DNA of 64,000 nucleotides from Candidatus Omnitrophota bacterium (GTDB lineage: Bacteria > Omnitrophota > Gorgyraeia > Zapsychrales > Zapsychraceae): assembly GCA_018812705.1 (NCBI GenBank), contig JAHJCZ010000097.1, positions 840-64,839 of the forward strand, in the 5' to 3' direction. Of this stretch, positions 18,472-31,918 are shown in pieces. A program made the translations under genes and the position numbers. How positions within the stretch are numbered: position 1 is the stretch's first letter; each line of letters begins with the position of its first letter. The notes beneath the pieces were generated by a model. It had not been told where the DNA came from, did not search any database, and worked only from the letters and a program-made list of their open reading frames with translations.

Positions 18472-19455
18472 TCAAAGCATTTCTTTGCACAGTTGTATCT
18501 CTAAAAGCAGCTCTTTTCTTGTAATATGAATTTTTTCTTTTGCAAAATCTGTAAGATCAAGGCCTTTAACTATTTCCCAGTCTGTACCATCAGATCGAAT
18601 GGGATAACTAAAGATTATACCCTTGTCTACATCATAGCTCCCATCAGAACAAACTGCGACAGAGAAGAACTCGCCTGCTTTTGTTGGCGTTGTTAACATT
18701 TTTACAGTATCCACTACCGCATTTGCTGCGGAAGCTGCCGACGACATCCCTCTCGCTTTAATTATCGCAGCCCCTCTTGTTTGCACTGTTTCAATAAACG
18801 CTCCTTTTAGCCAGGCTTTGTCAGCAATAACTTCTTCCACTTTTTTGTCTCCGATCTTAGCATTAAAAAAATCCGGATACTGCGTTGAAGAATGGTTCCC
18901 CCAGATAGCGATATTTTTTACACTGCTAACATCAACCCCCGCCTTTAAAGCAAGCTGAGCTGCTGCTCTATTTTGATCAAGCATTGTTAGAGCAAAGAAA
19001 TTTTTATCATCAAGCTTTGTTGCAGCAGCTTTTGCAATGTACGCATTTGTGTTGCATGGATTTCCAACGACCAAAACCTTGCAGGTTGATTTTGCGTTTT
19101 CAGACAAACTCTTTCCTTGGGCTGTAAAGATTGATCCGTTTATTTTTAATAATTCGCTTCGTTCCATTCCGGCTTTTCTTGGCATGCTTCCGATCAGCAA
19201 TGCCCAATCTGCGTCTCTAAAGACAACATCTGGGTCACTTGCTGCTTCCAGTGATCTTAAAAGAGGGAACGCGCAATCCTGTAGCTCCATCTTAACGCCC
19301 TCTAATCTATCTAAAGCAGCGTCGACCTCTAGCATTCTTAAATGTATCTCCATGTTTTCTCCGAACATCTCCCCAGACGCAATGCGAAACAGCAGCGAAT
19401 ATCCTATTGCCCCCGCAGCGCCCGTCACCGCAACATTAACCTGTTTTTTTACCAT
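18472..19455 (-). CDS. mdh: Malate dehydrogenase (NAD), LDH-like cytosolic type
   Basis: VAVTGAAGAIGYSLLFRIASGEMFG Rossmann motif; VLVVGNPCNTNAYIA; IWGNHSSTQYPD. Confidence 0.85.
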   Translation of the reverse strand: MVKKQVNVAVTGAAGAIGYSLLFRIASGEMFGENMEIHLRMLEVDAALDRLEGVKMELQDCAFPLLRSLEAASDPDVVFRDADWALLIGSMPRKAGMERSELLKINGSIFTAQGKSLSENAKSTCKVLVVGNPCNTNAYIAKAAATKLDDKNFFALTMLDQNRAAAQLALKAGVDVSSVKNIAIWGNHSSTQYPDFFNAKIGDKKVEEVIADKAWLKGAFIETVQTRGAAIIKARGMSSAASAANAVVDTVKMLTTPTKAGEFFSVAVCSDGSYDVDKGIIFSYPIRSDGTDWEIVKGLDLTDFAKEKIHITRKELLLEIQLCKEML

Positions 19456-19457
19456 AA

Positions 19458-20249
19458 CTACTTCCTTCCTAATATTGTTTTCACCTGAAGAACTTTTTCT
19501 TTGTTTATATCCGCATAAATAATCTCTTCCTTATTATTAGATGCCCTTGCTAAAATTTGCCCCCAAGGGTCAACTATCATGCTGTTCCCATAACACAAAA
19601 CGCCTTGGCTGTTCTCTCCAGTTTGATTGGGCGCCAAAACAAAACATTTATTTTCTATTGCCCTCGCCCTTAAAAGCATTTCCCAATGCGCTTTTCCCGT
19701 TGTCATTGTAAAAGCTGACGGAACGCACAATATCTCCGCTCCTTCTAAAGAATATTTTCTGTACAATTCCGGATATCTTAGATCAAAACAAATTGATAAA
19801 CCAACTTTTATTCCGTGAACATTTGCTAATGCTGTTTTAGTCCCTGCAGCAAAGTGCTTTGACTCTCTTATTCTTTTTCCGTCAACATTTGCATCAAATA
19901 GATTTATTTTTCTATATTTTGCCGAAACCTTCCCGTCAGATCCAATCAAAACAGATGTATTGTAAACTTTTTTAGAGCTTTGAATCTTTTCATATAGCGA
20001 TCCAGCTAAAATTGAAACCTTGTTTTTCTTTGCAATTAAAGAAAATGTCTTAATCGTGCTTCCTTTTATGGTCTCAGCAACAGCAGACAAAACACCTTTT
20101 GAGTCTAAACAGCCTCGGAAAACAAAAACTTCAGGAAGCAAAATAAACTTAGAGCCTTTAACAATAGCTTTTTCTACAAAAGCTAGCGCCCTTGCAACGT
20201 TTTGTTCTTTATTTGATCCTGCATTAAATTGAATTACTGCTATTTTCAT
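19458..20249 (-). CDS. Carbon-nitrogen hydrolase family protein (Nit/omega-amidase-like)
   Basis: MKIAVIQFNAG..., LPEVF, GLSICFDLRYPELYR; the catalytic E-K-C pattern. Confidence 0.75.
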   Translation of the reverse strand: MKIAVIQFNAGSNKEQNVARALAFVEKAIVKGSKFILLPEVFVFRGCLDSKGVLSAVAETIKGSTIKTFSLIAKKNKVSILAGSLYEKIQSSKKVYNTSVLIGSDGKVSAKYRKINLFDANVDGKRIRESKHFAAGTKTALANVHGIKVGLSICFDLRYPELYRKYSLEGAEILCVPSAFTMTTGKAHWEMLLRARAIENKCFVLAPNQTGENSQGVLCYGNSMIVDPWGQILARASNNKEEIIYADINKEKVLQVKTILGRK

Positions 20250-20281
20250 ATTACTCGTAATTAAAGGCTATTCACTCTTGG

Positions 20282-20935
20282 CTATGTCCTGTCCTTAAAA
20301 ATTCCCTTCAACTTTTCCCCATACTCTTTATGGCATTTCAAATAGAAATCCTGAGACTTTAAGGCCTGTCTCCATTTGACAATATTGTCCTGCTCTTCAA
20401 TGCTGATTCCGCCAATATCAACAGGGTCAAGAGTCGCAAGCAGCGAAATATCAGCTAAAGAGAAACTATTTCCAGCTAGATACGGATGCTCTTTAAGCTG
20501 TTTATCCACAACTGGTAAAAACCTGTGCAAAAAATTCAAGCCATCTTGAAGAGACCTTTCATCAGCTTCAACTTTTGCAAATTTTGCAAAAACCCTGTTG
20601 AACAATACCCTGCTCATCGCGCCCCCAATATGGATCGAAGTAAAGTCCATCCATTGCTCAATTAATGCCCGTTTCTTTAATTCCGACGGATAAATATCAG
20701 ACTTTTCTTTTTGTGCAAGATATTTAATGATCGCATCACTTTCAAAAAGAATAAAACCATCATCATCAATGACTGGTATTTTTCCTACTGGATTAAGGTC
20801 TAAAAACCACAGTTCTTTATGTTCCTTGTCGCGAAGTGCAACCAAAATATATTCATACTCCAGCCCTAATTTATTAGCAGCCATTCTAACCTTATTACTT
20901 GGTGCCGATAGGTCTGCTCCATATATCTTTAACAT
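20282..20935 (-). CDS. Glutathione S-transferase family protein
   Basis: MLKIYGADLSAPSNKVRMA...GKIPVIDDDGFILFESDAIIKYL N-terminal thioredoxin-like GST domain. Confidence 0.75.
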   Translation of the reverse strand: MLKIYGADLSAPSNKVRMAANKLGLEYEYILVALRDKEHKELWFLDLNPVGKIPVIDDDGFILFESDAIIKYLAQKEKSDIYPSELKKRALIEQWMDFTSIHIGGAMSRVLFNRVFAKFAKVEADERSLQDGLNFLHRFLPVVDKQLKEHPYLAGNSFSLADISLLATLDPVDIGGISIEEQDNIVKWRQALKSQDFYLKCHKEYGEKLKGIFKDRT

Positions 20936-20936
20936 T

Positions 20937-21890
20937 CTATTCTCTCTTTCCTTCCTTTACAAACTTCACCACAGCTTCTACGCTTTGCCTTGCTTTTTCT
21001 TCAACAGCTTCGACGGTGTTAAAAGCATTATGCGGCGTAAATATTACATTTTCTCTGTTTTTTAATTCACAAAACATCTTAACATCGTCAGACGCTTCTT
21101 TAACATGTCCCCTAAGATAATCTGCAAGCTCTTTTTCACAGCAGTATACATCTAATCCCACTCCGCCAAGTGTACCTCTATCCAGCATCGTTTTCACATC
21201 TTTAACTGGCGTTATCTCCCCTCTTGAAATATTAACTAAAACGATTCCTTGTTTTGCATTTTCAAAAGCAGCAATAGTGAACATTTTGTTAGTATCTTCT
21301 GTCAGCGGCAAAGCACTAAAGACCACATTCGCCTCTTTTAATCCCTCTTTTAGAGTGACATACTCCACTCTTTTGTCTTTTGGCTCAATATCCACACCTT
21401 TTACCTCCATTTTGAGCCCTAGCAAACAATCTACTATCTCGCTCCCAATTTTTCCAACACCTACAACAAGAGCCTTCTTTCCATTGCACTCCATGCCCGT
21501 CAATCCATCACGATGAAATCCATCAAAATTTTTTATCTGCGCCTTTAATTTCCTCAACAAACACATCATTATTAAAACTGCATGTTCCGCAACAGCCCTA
21601 GAACAATAATTATCAAGATGCTTAAAATTCACAGCCACTCCAGAATCCTTCCTATACTGCAATATATGATCATATCCCTCACTTCTCGACAAAATACCCT
21701 TGAGGTCTTTTGCCCAATCAAGAGGTATCGTTGATTGTGTTCTAATGCTGATTAACTTAGCCGGCATTGCCGTATCACCACTCTCCTGAATCGTTTTCCA
21801 AGTAAAGCCTGCACTAATTTCGTCGGGCAAATATTTTTTTATTGCTCTTTCCTCTTCTTCAAAAACTTCGTAAAAATATATATCCAACAT
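20937..21890 (-). CDS. D-isomer-specific 2-hydroxyacid dehydrogenase (D-lactate DH-like)
   Basis: GVVGVGKIGSEIVDCLLGLKMEV NAD-binding motif; ISRGEITPV and GLDVY catalytic region. Confidence 0.75.
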   Translation of the reverse strand: MLDIYFYEVFEEEERAIKKYLPDEISAGFTWKTIQESGDTAMPAKLISIRTQSTIPLDWAKDLKGILSRSEGYDHILQYRKDSGVAVNFKHLDNYCSRAVAEHAVLIMMCLLRKLKAQIKNFDGFHRDGLTGMECNGKKALVVGVGKIGSEIVDCLLGLKMEVKGVDIEPKDKRVEYVTLKEGLKEANVVFSALPLTEDTNKMFTIAAFENAKQGIVLVNISRGEITPVKDVKTMLDRGTLGGVGLDVYCCEKELADYLRGHVKEASDDVKMFCELKNRENVIFTPHNAFNTVEAVEEKARQSVEAVVKFVKEGKRE

Positions 21891-21925
21891 TATTCCTTCC
21901 TATCTTTTGTGCCTTCTTGTGAAAA

Positions 21926-23551
21926 TTAAGGTGCTGTTCTAGCACCTCTAAATCCACGAATAGCGCTCCCATCAGGCTGAATAACAGCAGCAATACTTCG
22001 ATCTGATACTGTATGAAATGTTTCAGCAAGCGACCACGCTCCGCCACGTAACCCGCTACCTCGTGCTCCATCAACAATTGTTGTTCCAGTATTGTATCCC
22101 GGCCAGGTTGCCACATCGGAATAACCTCCTGCGGATAAAATTCCATTGCCATGTGCCCCATCAAAAGCCCTTCCTCCAATCTCAGCTCCAGAAGTATCAT
22201 TACCAACCGTAACAAGCCTCTCCATAAGATTCCCGGAAAGCTCCATTGCCCCATAATAGCTCCCACCAGATTGTAGCCTATTCGTTAAGCCTGTAGCTGC
22301 AAACCCTGCTCGCAAAGGTCCCCCTGTATCGGTTCCCACTCCATCATAATTGCAGAGGCCATTACCGGTGGTGTTTGCTACTTCTGTTTCCTCTCCTGAA
22401 CTTTGAACTGCTCCCTCAGCTTGTGTCAAATCCGTGCTTCCCCAAGCATATTCATCATCAACTACTAATTGAGGCCCTCTAGCAACTTTTTCGAATTCAA
22501 GCTCAGTATACGGCCTCAATGCAGCCCAATCTGCATAGGCTGCACCATCCATCCAAGAGAGCCAATTACAGGCAATCCATTTTCCATCAGTTGATTCATT
22601 GTAAACACCATCCTCATCAAGATTGTGGGCATAAACACCTGCTTTTGAACCCGCTGGAGCAATATCGCAAACAATCCCATTGCGAGTTTGTGGAGTTCCT
22701 GCACCTGGTGCAGTAGCATCCATAAATGTCCCTGCAGTTACTGCCGAAACACGGTTCGCTTGCTGCGTTCCATTCAGCGTATTTAAAAAATCTACATATT
22801 GACCCTGCGCTAACTCGTATTTCATAACATAAAAGGCATTATATCCTTTTGGATATGCAGCTGGAATAGGGCCCGTTCGATCTCCAGTACTTCCCGTTTC
22901 AGCATCATAATATAAGTTACCCGAGGAAGTCCCTACAGTAATTGCCCCCTCGGATGTAATCGTATACTGAGGTAAGCCTACTTCATCTTCTACAAAAGAA
23001 CCATCAGCAGTAAAAAAACATCCCTCCTGATCATTATCCGCATCACCAATATAAAAAGGACCTTGTGGAACATAAACCATCTCAATACCAAAAACCTTTA
23101 TTCTTACGTTTTCAAAATCTTCCACTCCATCGGTGCCATACTCCCAGCGGATCTGCGCATTGTCCCAATTGTTTGAACCGTTGCCAGGGGCATCACGATA
23201 AATAAAAACACCTTTTCCTGTTGTTGTTAATCCGGTATCTATTGTTGAACCAGCAGGCGCCACATGATCTGTGTCGCTTGAGCTAAGAGTACAGTGGGCC
23301 CATTCTGACCAAGAGCCTCCAGAATACTTTGAGAACTTAGCGAATACCCAGGCAGCATCGTAATTGTCTGGGGCAGCTGAACCATTATACCAAGAGTTAT
23401 CCCAGCTGATGTCGAATTCGATATCATATGTGTTGCCACTGGAATCCTTGTCAGTTAAAGAAATGTTCTCTATTTCAAGATTGTTTGCAAAAGCAGTGCT
23501 TGTTGATAATAGAAGCACCCAAATAATATAGAAGATAATGATTTTAGTCAT
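21926..23551 (-). CDS. Secreted FGE-sulfatase (SUMF1-like) domain protein
   Basis: Signal peptide; IEMVYVPQGPFYIGD; FYVMKYELAQGQYVDFLN; C-terminal RGGAWSLAETFHTVSDRSIAAVIQPDGSAIRGFRGAR. GC content is visibly higher than in the neighbours. Confidence 0.65.
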   Translation of the reverse strand: MTKIIIFYIIWVLLLSTSTAFANNLEIENISLTDKDSSGNTYDIEFDISWDNSWYNGSAAPDNYDAAWVFAKFSKYSGGSWSEWAHCTLSSSDTDHVAPAGSTIDTGLTTTGKGVFIYRDAPGNGSNNWDNAQIRWEYGTDGVEDFENVRIKVFGIEMVYVPQGPFYIGDADNDQEGCFFTADGSFVEDEVGLPQYTITSEGAITVGTSSGNLYYDAETGSTGDRTGPIPAAYPKGYNAFYVMKYELAQGQYVDFLNTLNGTQQANRVSAVTAGTFMDATAPGAGTPQTRNGIVCDIAPAGSKAGVYAHNLDEDGVYNESTDGKWIACNWLSWMDGAAYADWAALRPYTELEFEKVARGPQLVVDDEYAWGSTDLTQAEGAVQSSGEETEVANTTGNGLCNYDGVGTDTGGPLRAGFAATGLTNRLQSGGSYYGAMELSGNLMERLVTVGNDTSGAEIGGRAFDGAHGNGILSAGGYSDVATWPGYNTGTTIVDGARGSGLRGGAWSLAETFHTVSDRSIAAVIQPDGSAIRGFRGARTAP

Positions 23552-23742
23552 TTTTTATTAAGAAATGCTTAATATGAAGATTCTTATTAATACTTTACAA
23601 CAATATCTTGTTTTTTGTAATGAAATATTCAGAAAACATTGGCGCCAAAAAATATTATTTTTTTATAATAATTTTCGATCATAGGATAGAGCCCCTGAAC
23701 ACTTAGCAGACCGCGCGTCCTTCCGGGAGATAATTAAAATAA

Positions 23743-23780
23743 AAACGGCCGCTCTATTGAGCGACCGTTTTTTTTATTTT
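23743..23780. terminator. Bidirectional rho-independent terminator
   Basis: AACGGCCGCTC, TATT loop, GAGCGACCGTT, flanked by an A-run upstream and a T-run downstream. It sits directly 3-prime of tRNA-Glu on the minus strand. Confidence 0.6.
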
Positions 23781-23782
23781 AA

Positions 23783-23856
23783 CGACCCCAGCGGGATTTG
23801 AACCCGCGTCGCAAGCTTGAAAAGCTTGTGTCCTAACCAGGCTGGACGATGGGGTC
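23783..23856 (-). tRNA. tRNA-Glu (anticodon UUC)
   Basis: Cloverleaf by eye: acceptor GACCCCA/TGGGGTC, anticodon loop TTTTCAA, T-loop GGTTCAAATCC. No encoded CCA. Confidence 0.8.
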
Positions 23857-23956
23857 TTACATTTCTCAGTCAGGTCATTAATTATATTCAAAAACTTCAA
23901 TACGTCAAGCAAAAAATATCAATCTGAACAATTTCGTTTCTAGTGAAACGTCTCAA

Positions 23957-26410
23957 TTATTCCGGCTCTTTTGCTACAACATTTGCAACTGAGCTAACCT
24001 TATCTTCACTTTTCAAGACAATAAGCCTAACTCCCTGCGAGCTTCTGCCGCATTTACGAATATCCTTTGTTGAGCATCGAACGATCATTCCGGTCTTTGT
24101 AACTGTCATTATTTCATCTTCCGTCATAACCGCTAAGACGCCAACGACATTGCCGTTCTTAGGAGTTACCTTCATATTAATAATGCCTTTACCTCCTCGA
24201 GACTGAACTCTATAATCGTTAAAGTCTGATCTCTTTGCAAAGCCCCCGGACGAAACTGTTAATAAGGTGCTTCCTGTTTTTCCAATATCTGCAGAAAAGA
24301 CCTGTAGGCTTACTACCTCGTCATCCTTACCCAGATTGATCCCTCTGACACCTCTTGCAGATCGACCCATATCTCTAATATGTTTTTCGTTAAATCTAAG
24401 AGCCTTCCCTTCTCTGGTCGCTAACAGAATTTCATGTCTGCCATTACTTAAAGAAATCCCTATCAGCTTATCCCCTTTATCTAAACTGATAGCAACAATT
24501 CCACTTTTTCTAGGATTACTGAAAGCTGACAATTTTGTCTTTTTGATGTTTCCCTTTGCCGTAGACATAACTAGGAATTGATCATCACAAAAGTCTTTAA
24601 CGGCAACTATCGAGCTGATGTCTTCATCCTGGCTCATAGAAAGAAGATTAACAATGTTCTTGCCCTTCGCATTGCGCGACGCTACTGGTATCTCATAAAC
24701 CTTAAGCCATCTAACAACCCCTTTGTTAGAAAAGATCAAAAGATAATCTTTTGATGATGCAATAAAAAGATTCTTAACAAAGTCTTCTTCTCTTGTTGTC
24801 ATCGCAGAGACACCTTTGCCGCCTCTTTTCTGATTGCGGTATGAAGAAACAGCCAATCTCTTTATATATCCGGAATTGCTTATAGTGATCGCCATTTCTT
24901 CTTCAGCGATAAGGTCTTCTATCTCGATTTCCTCGGCATCTCCCGCAATCTCTGTTCTTCTCGCGTCTCCAAATTTTTTCTTTATTTCGGCAAGCTCTGC
25001 TTTAATAATATCATCTATCATCTTTTCAGATGACAGAATCGCCCTATAGCTTTCTATGTCTTTAAGAAGCGCTTTGTATTCTTCGTCTATCTTGTTTCTT
25101 TCAAGCGCGGTCAATCTTTGCAGCTGCATCTCTAATATTGCCTGAGCCTGGATCTCTGAAAGAGCAAAACCTTTCATCAAGGCAACCTTAGCAACTGCTG
25201 TACTTTTAGACTCTCTGATCGTTTTAATGATCTGATTAATATTATCTAAAGCGATCTTTAGCCCTTCTAGAATATGTGCTCTTCTTAAGGCCTTATCTAG
25301 ATCAAACTCTGTTCTTCTTCTAACAACTATCCTTCTATGGTTAAGAAAATGGCTTAAAAGTTGTTTTAAATTTAACACCTTTGGACTATTGTTCACCAGC
25401 GCAAGGTTTATTATGCCGAAAGTTGTTTCCATTTGTGTATGTTTAAACAAATAGTTCAAAATAATTTGCGGTTCAACATCTCGACGAAGTTCTATAACTA
25501 TACGAATACCATCTTTATCAGATTCATCCCTTAGGTCAGTAATGCCGTCTATTTTTTTCGCCGACACTAAATCAGCAATGGCTTCTATCAATCTTGCTTT
25601 ATTAACCTGATAAGGTATCTCCGAAACAATGATCCTGTCTTTATTTCCTTTTTGCCTTTCAATATTAGCTCTGGCACGAACTGTTAATTTTCCACGTCCC
25701 GTGCTATAGGCATCTATTATTCCCTGACGTCCACAAATAATACCTCCCGTAGGGAAATCAGGTCCTGTAACGATCTTGTTGAGTTGCTTTATTGTTGCAT
25801 CAGGGTTCTCAATAAGAAAAACTGAAGCATCCACCGCTTCAGATAAATTGTGGGGCGGCATATTTGTTGCCATGCCTACTGCTATACCACTTGACCCATT
25901 GATCAAAAGATTTGGCATAGAAGACGGCATAACAACCGGTTCTTTTAAAGTCGCATCAAAGTTAGGAGAATAATTCACAGTTTCTTTATCAATATCCTTT
26001 AGCATTTCTCCGGCAATAGACGCCATTCTGGCCTCTGTATAGCGCATAGCGGCGGCAGAATCGCCATCGATAGAACCAAAGTTTCCCTGACCATCTACCA
26101 GCGGATATCTCAGAGAAAAATCCTGTACCATTCTTACCAAAGTCTCATAAACTGCCGAGTCTCCATGAGGGTGATATTTACCCAGGACCTCACCGACGAT
26201 ACGAGCACATTTTTTATAGGGCTTGCTGTGTTCTAGGCTAAGCTCTTTCATAGCATAAAGAACTCTCCTATGAACTGGCTTTAAGCCGTCCCGCACATCC
26301 GGTAGCGCACGTCCAACAATAACGCTCATCGAATAGGCAAGATATGATTGTTTCATCTCCTCTTCAATGTATACCGGAACTATCTTTTCTCTATTTGATA
26401 AATCTCTCAT
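23957..26410 (-). CDS. gyrA: DNA gyrase subunit A
   Basis: [10 protein letters not shown] active-site region, GyrA N-terminal domain and C-terminal beta-pinwheel repeats. Confidence 0.95.
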   Translation of the reverse strand: MRDLSNREKIVPVYIEEEMKQSYLAYSMSVIVGRALPDVRDGLKPVHRRVLYAMKELSLEHSKPYKKCARIVGEVLGKYHPHGDSAVYETLVRMVQDFSLRYPLVDGQGNFGSIDGDSAAAMRYTEARMASIAGEMLKDIDKETVNYSPNFDATLKEPVVMPSSMPNLLINGSSGIAVGMATNMPPHNLSEAVDASVFLIENPDATIKQLNKIVTGPDFPTGGIICGRQGIIDAYSTGRGKLTVRARANIERQKGNKDRIIVSEIPYQVNKARLIEAIADLVSAKKIDGITDLRDESDKDGIRIVIELRRDVEPQIILNYLFKHTQMETTFGIINLALVNNSPKVLNLKQLLSHFLNHRRIVVRRRTEFDLDKALRRAHILEGLKIALDNINQIIKTIRESKSTAVAKVALMKGFALSEIQAQAILEMQLQRLTALERNKIDEEYKALLKDIESYRAILSSEKMIDDIIKAELAEIKKKFGDARRTEIAGDAEEIEIEDLIAEEEMAITISNSGYIKRLAVSSYRNQKRGGKGVSAMTTREEDFVKNLFIASSKDYLLIFSNKGVVRWLKVYEIPVASRNAKGKNIVNLLSMSQDEDISSIVAVKDFCDDQFLVMSTAKGNIKKTKLSAFSNPRKSGIVAISLDKGDKLIGISLSNGRHEILLATREGKALRFNEKHIRDMGRSARGVRGINLGKDDEVVSLQVFSADIGKTGSTLLTVSSGGFAKRSDFNDYRVQSRGGKGIINMKVTPKNGNVVGVLAVMTEDEIMTVTKTGMIVRCSTKDIRKCGRSSQGVRLIVLKSEDKVSSVANVVAKEPE

Positions 26411-26458
26411 TTAAAAAACACCTTTCTATCTCTATTCTTTAGCGCTTAACACTATTAT

Positions 26459-29259
<2,801 letters not shown>

Positions 29260-29343
29260 TCTATTAATTTATTATTTTTTTCTCTGCAGGCTTATAATAA
29301 TCAAGCGTGCCCTATTTTCCTGCCCCAAAAAAACTTCCAACAA

Positions 29344-30441
29344 CTATATTCTCATTGGTAAAGCTAAATATAAATAATCATCTAACCTGATAACGGCAGG
29401 TTTATCCGGACCTAAAAACTCAATACCAATGGTTTCATTATTAACATTTTTTAAAAAATCAATTAAAAAAACAGGGTTAAAGCCAACTATGAATTCTGCT
29501 CCACTATAATCAATAGGAATTTCTTCTCTTGATTCTCCTACATCCGGAGTGTGCTTTGAAACAACCATTTTATCACGAAAAATCTCAAATTTAACAGCTT
29601 GAAAATCAGGTGTGGCTAACAAATTTGCCCTTTTTATAGTATAAAGAAGGTCTTTAGTGTTAACGGTTACTTTAGTTTTTATTGGTTTTGGAATAACTTG
29701 ATTATAATTAGGAAATTCACCCTCAATAACCCTAGTTGCAATCAAAACGCCTTCAATATCAAACAAAACCTGGTTTGTGCCGATAATAAATGATACTTCT
29801 CCTTCATCCTTTAGATTCCTATTAACTTCCTGAACAGCTTTTATTGGAAGAATAACACTTATCTCTTTTTTAATAGAAGAAATTAATTTCTTCTCTATTT
29901 TAGCCAATCTTCTACCATCAGTTGCAACTATCCTTATAATATTATCTGACAACTCCATTAAAACACCATTTAAAACATATCTTGACTCTTCATGTGAAGC
30001 AGCAAAAGATGTTAGTTTGAACATCTCTTTTAAATCAGCTTGCTGTATTCTAATCATCTCATTGTCTTTGAATTCTGGAAATTTAGGAAATTCTTCTTTA
30101 GGAAGGCCATTTAACTTAAATCTACAATTTTTTCCTTCAATATCAATTTGATTGTTTTTCTTTGCATGAATATTAATATCACCTGCAGGCAATTCTTTAA
30201 CTATATCGCTAAATCTTTTTGCTGGAATAGTTATTGCACCTTCTTCAACCGTTTCCACAGGTATTTCACAGGAAATACCAATATCTAAATCTGTTGCATT
30301 TAACTTAAGAACATTGTTGCTAATTTCTAATAGTATATTAGACAGGATAGGTAATGTGGCTTTGCTAGAGACAACATTCTGTACTGTTTGAATACCAGCC
30401 AAGAGATCATCTTTCTTCATTTTAAGTTTCATGTTATTCAT
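29344..30441 (-). CDS. dnaN: DNA polymerase III beta sliding clamp
   Basis: MKLKMKKDDLLAGIQTVQNVVSSKATLPILSNILLE... three-domain clamp. Confidence 0.9.
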   Translation of the reverse strand: MNNMKLKMKKDDLLAGIQTVQNVVSSKATLPILSNILLEISNNVLKLNATDLDIGISCEIPVETVEEGAITIPAKRFSDIVKELPAGDINIHAKKNNQIDIEGKNCRFKLNGLPKEEFPKFPEFKDNEMIRIQQADLKEMFKLTSFAASHEESRYVLNGVLMELSDNIIRIVATDGRRLAKIEKKLISSIKKEISVILPIKAVQEVNRNLKDEGEVSFIIGTNQVLFDIEGVLIATRVIEGEFPNYNQVIPKPIKTKVTVNTKDLLYTIKRANLLATPDFQAVKFEIFRDKMVVSKHTPDVGESREEIPIDYSGAEFIVGFNPVFLIDFLKNVNNETIGIEFLGPDKPAVIRLDDYLYLALPMRI

Positions 30442-30583
30442 TTCCTTCCAATAACTAAGTTAAAAATCTATATAGTAACCGTATACGTAGGGCCTGTTAA
30501 TAATTTGAACAAGGCTCAAAGTTCTTTTATTTCAAGCATTTAAGAGAAAAATAGTTGTTCAAAACTTGAAGACAAACTATTAA

Positions 30584-31918
30584 TCATTGTTGTAAATCAA
30601 AGAATAACCCATTAATAGAATCTTTCAGGTTAGAATTTGATTCTAAATCTTTTGCGATCTTTTTACAAGAGTGCAAAACAGTTGTATGATCCTTCCCTCC
30701 AAACGCTCCACCTATTTCAGGTAAAGACAGGTTGGTTAATTGTCTAGCTAAATACATTGCAATTTGTCTTGGCAAAACTATATTTTTAGTTCTTTTGTTT
30801 GATTTCAGTTCATTCAAAGATACATTAAAGCGCTCAGACACTATTTTTTGCACCATTTCGACACTTATGATCTTAGCTGTTTCTTTTATCATATCCTTTA
30901 AAATATTTCTTGCCATATCCAAATTAATTAATTTTTCTTCTAATAAAGAGTAGGCTGTCACTCTTATCAAGGCCCCCTCAAGCTCCCGAATATTGGTTTT
31001 GATTTTATCCGCAATATAGTGAATGACTTCATCTGGCACGGAAAGAGGTTCATTTTCAACTTTTTTCCTTAAAATAGCCACTCTTGTTTCATAGTCTGGA
31101 GGTTGAATATCTGCAATTAAACCCCAAGCAAACCTTGAGCTCAGCCGTTCTTCCAGCCTTGCTATTTCTTTTGGCGGCCTGTCAGAAGTAATGATCAGTT
31201 GTTTTCTATTATTATGTAAATTATTAAAAGTGTGGAAAAATTCTTCTTGAGTAGAATCTTTTCCGGCGATAAATTGAATATCATCAATGAGCAAGACATC
31301 GATCTCCCGATATTTTTTTCTAAACTCCGGAGTTGACCTATGTCGTATGGCATCTATCAATTCATTGGTAAATTGTTCCGACGATCTGTAACAAATCTTT
31401 AGCTTCGAATTAATTTCCAATATTTTTTGAGAAATGGCTTGTATCAAATGAGTCTTCCCTAGCCCGACCTGCCCATAAATGAATAATGGATTATATGCTT
31501 TGGCTGGAGATTCAGCGACGGCAAAACTAGCAGCGCAAGCAAATCTGTTGGATGGCCCAATAACAAAATTATCAAAAGTAAACCTGGAATTTAGATTGGA
31601 AGTGTCGTTTGTAAAACTGTTATATTCTTTTTGAAATATCGAAGGTTGTTCTCGAGGAGCATCTTCTAAAACAGCGGGATTTACCTTAAACTCTAGATTA
31701 ACAGCAAAAGAAGCTGCGGCTGAAAGTATTTCCTCGAGCATCGCTTGGTAGTGCTCGATGATCCAATTTTTAAAAAAATCATCAGGAGCTTCTAAAGAAA
31801 GCGTCTGCGGAGATATTTCTTTTATTTGGATAGAAGTAAACCAGGTTTCATATGAAGCTGACCCAATTTTTTCCTTAATAGTTTTTTGTGAGTTTTCCCA
31901 AACGGTTTTTAGTGTCAT
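30584..31918 (-). CDS. dnaA: Chromosomal replication initiator DnaA
   Basis: AAA+ Walker A GQVGLGKTHLIQAI, and the C-terminal DNA-binding domain ...GGKDHTTVLHSCKKI. Confidence 0.95.
   Translation of the reverse strand: MTLKTVWENSQKTIKEKIGSASYETWFTSIQIKEISPQTLSLEAPDDFFKNWIIEHYQAMLEEILSAAASFAVNLEFKVNPAVLEDAPREQPSIFQKEYNSFTNDTSNLNSRFTFDNFVIGPSNRFACAASFAVAESPAKAYNPLFIYGQVGLGKTHLIQAISQKILEINSKLKICYRSSEQFTNELIDAIRHRSTPEFRKKYREIDVLLIDDIQFIAGKDSTQEEFFHTFNNLHNNRKQLIITSDRPPKEIARLEERLSSRFAWGLIADIQPPDYETRVAILRKKVENEPLSVPDEVIHYIADKIKTNIRELEGALIRVTAYSLLEEKLINLDMARNILKDMIKETAKIISVEMVQKIVSERFNVSLNELKSNKRTKNIVLPRQIAMYLARQLTNLSLPEIGGAFGGKDHTTVLHSCKKIAKDLESNSNLKDSINGLFFDLQQ

Noticed and set aside
21859-22266. 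135-aa minus-strand ORF overlapping the FGE-domain gene, and many other antisense or embedded ORFs (for example 13058..13276+, 14095..14559+, 39465..39836-, 51145..51615-, 57578..58087-)
   Set aside because: They are fully contained within well-supported genes on the same or opposite strand, lack start context, and have low-complexity translations.
21926-23551. Horizontal acquisition of the FGE-domain gene based on its elevated GC
   Set aside because: The giant Cys-rich pilus gene shows the same elevation. Both are Gly/Ala/Pro/Cys-rich secreted proteins, so amino-acid composition alone may explain the GC. Not callable without codon-level statistics.
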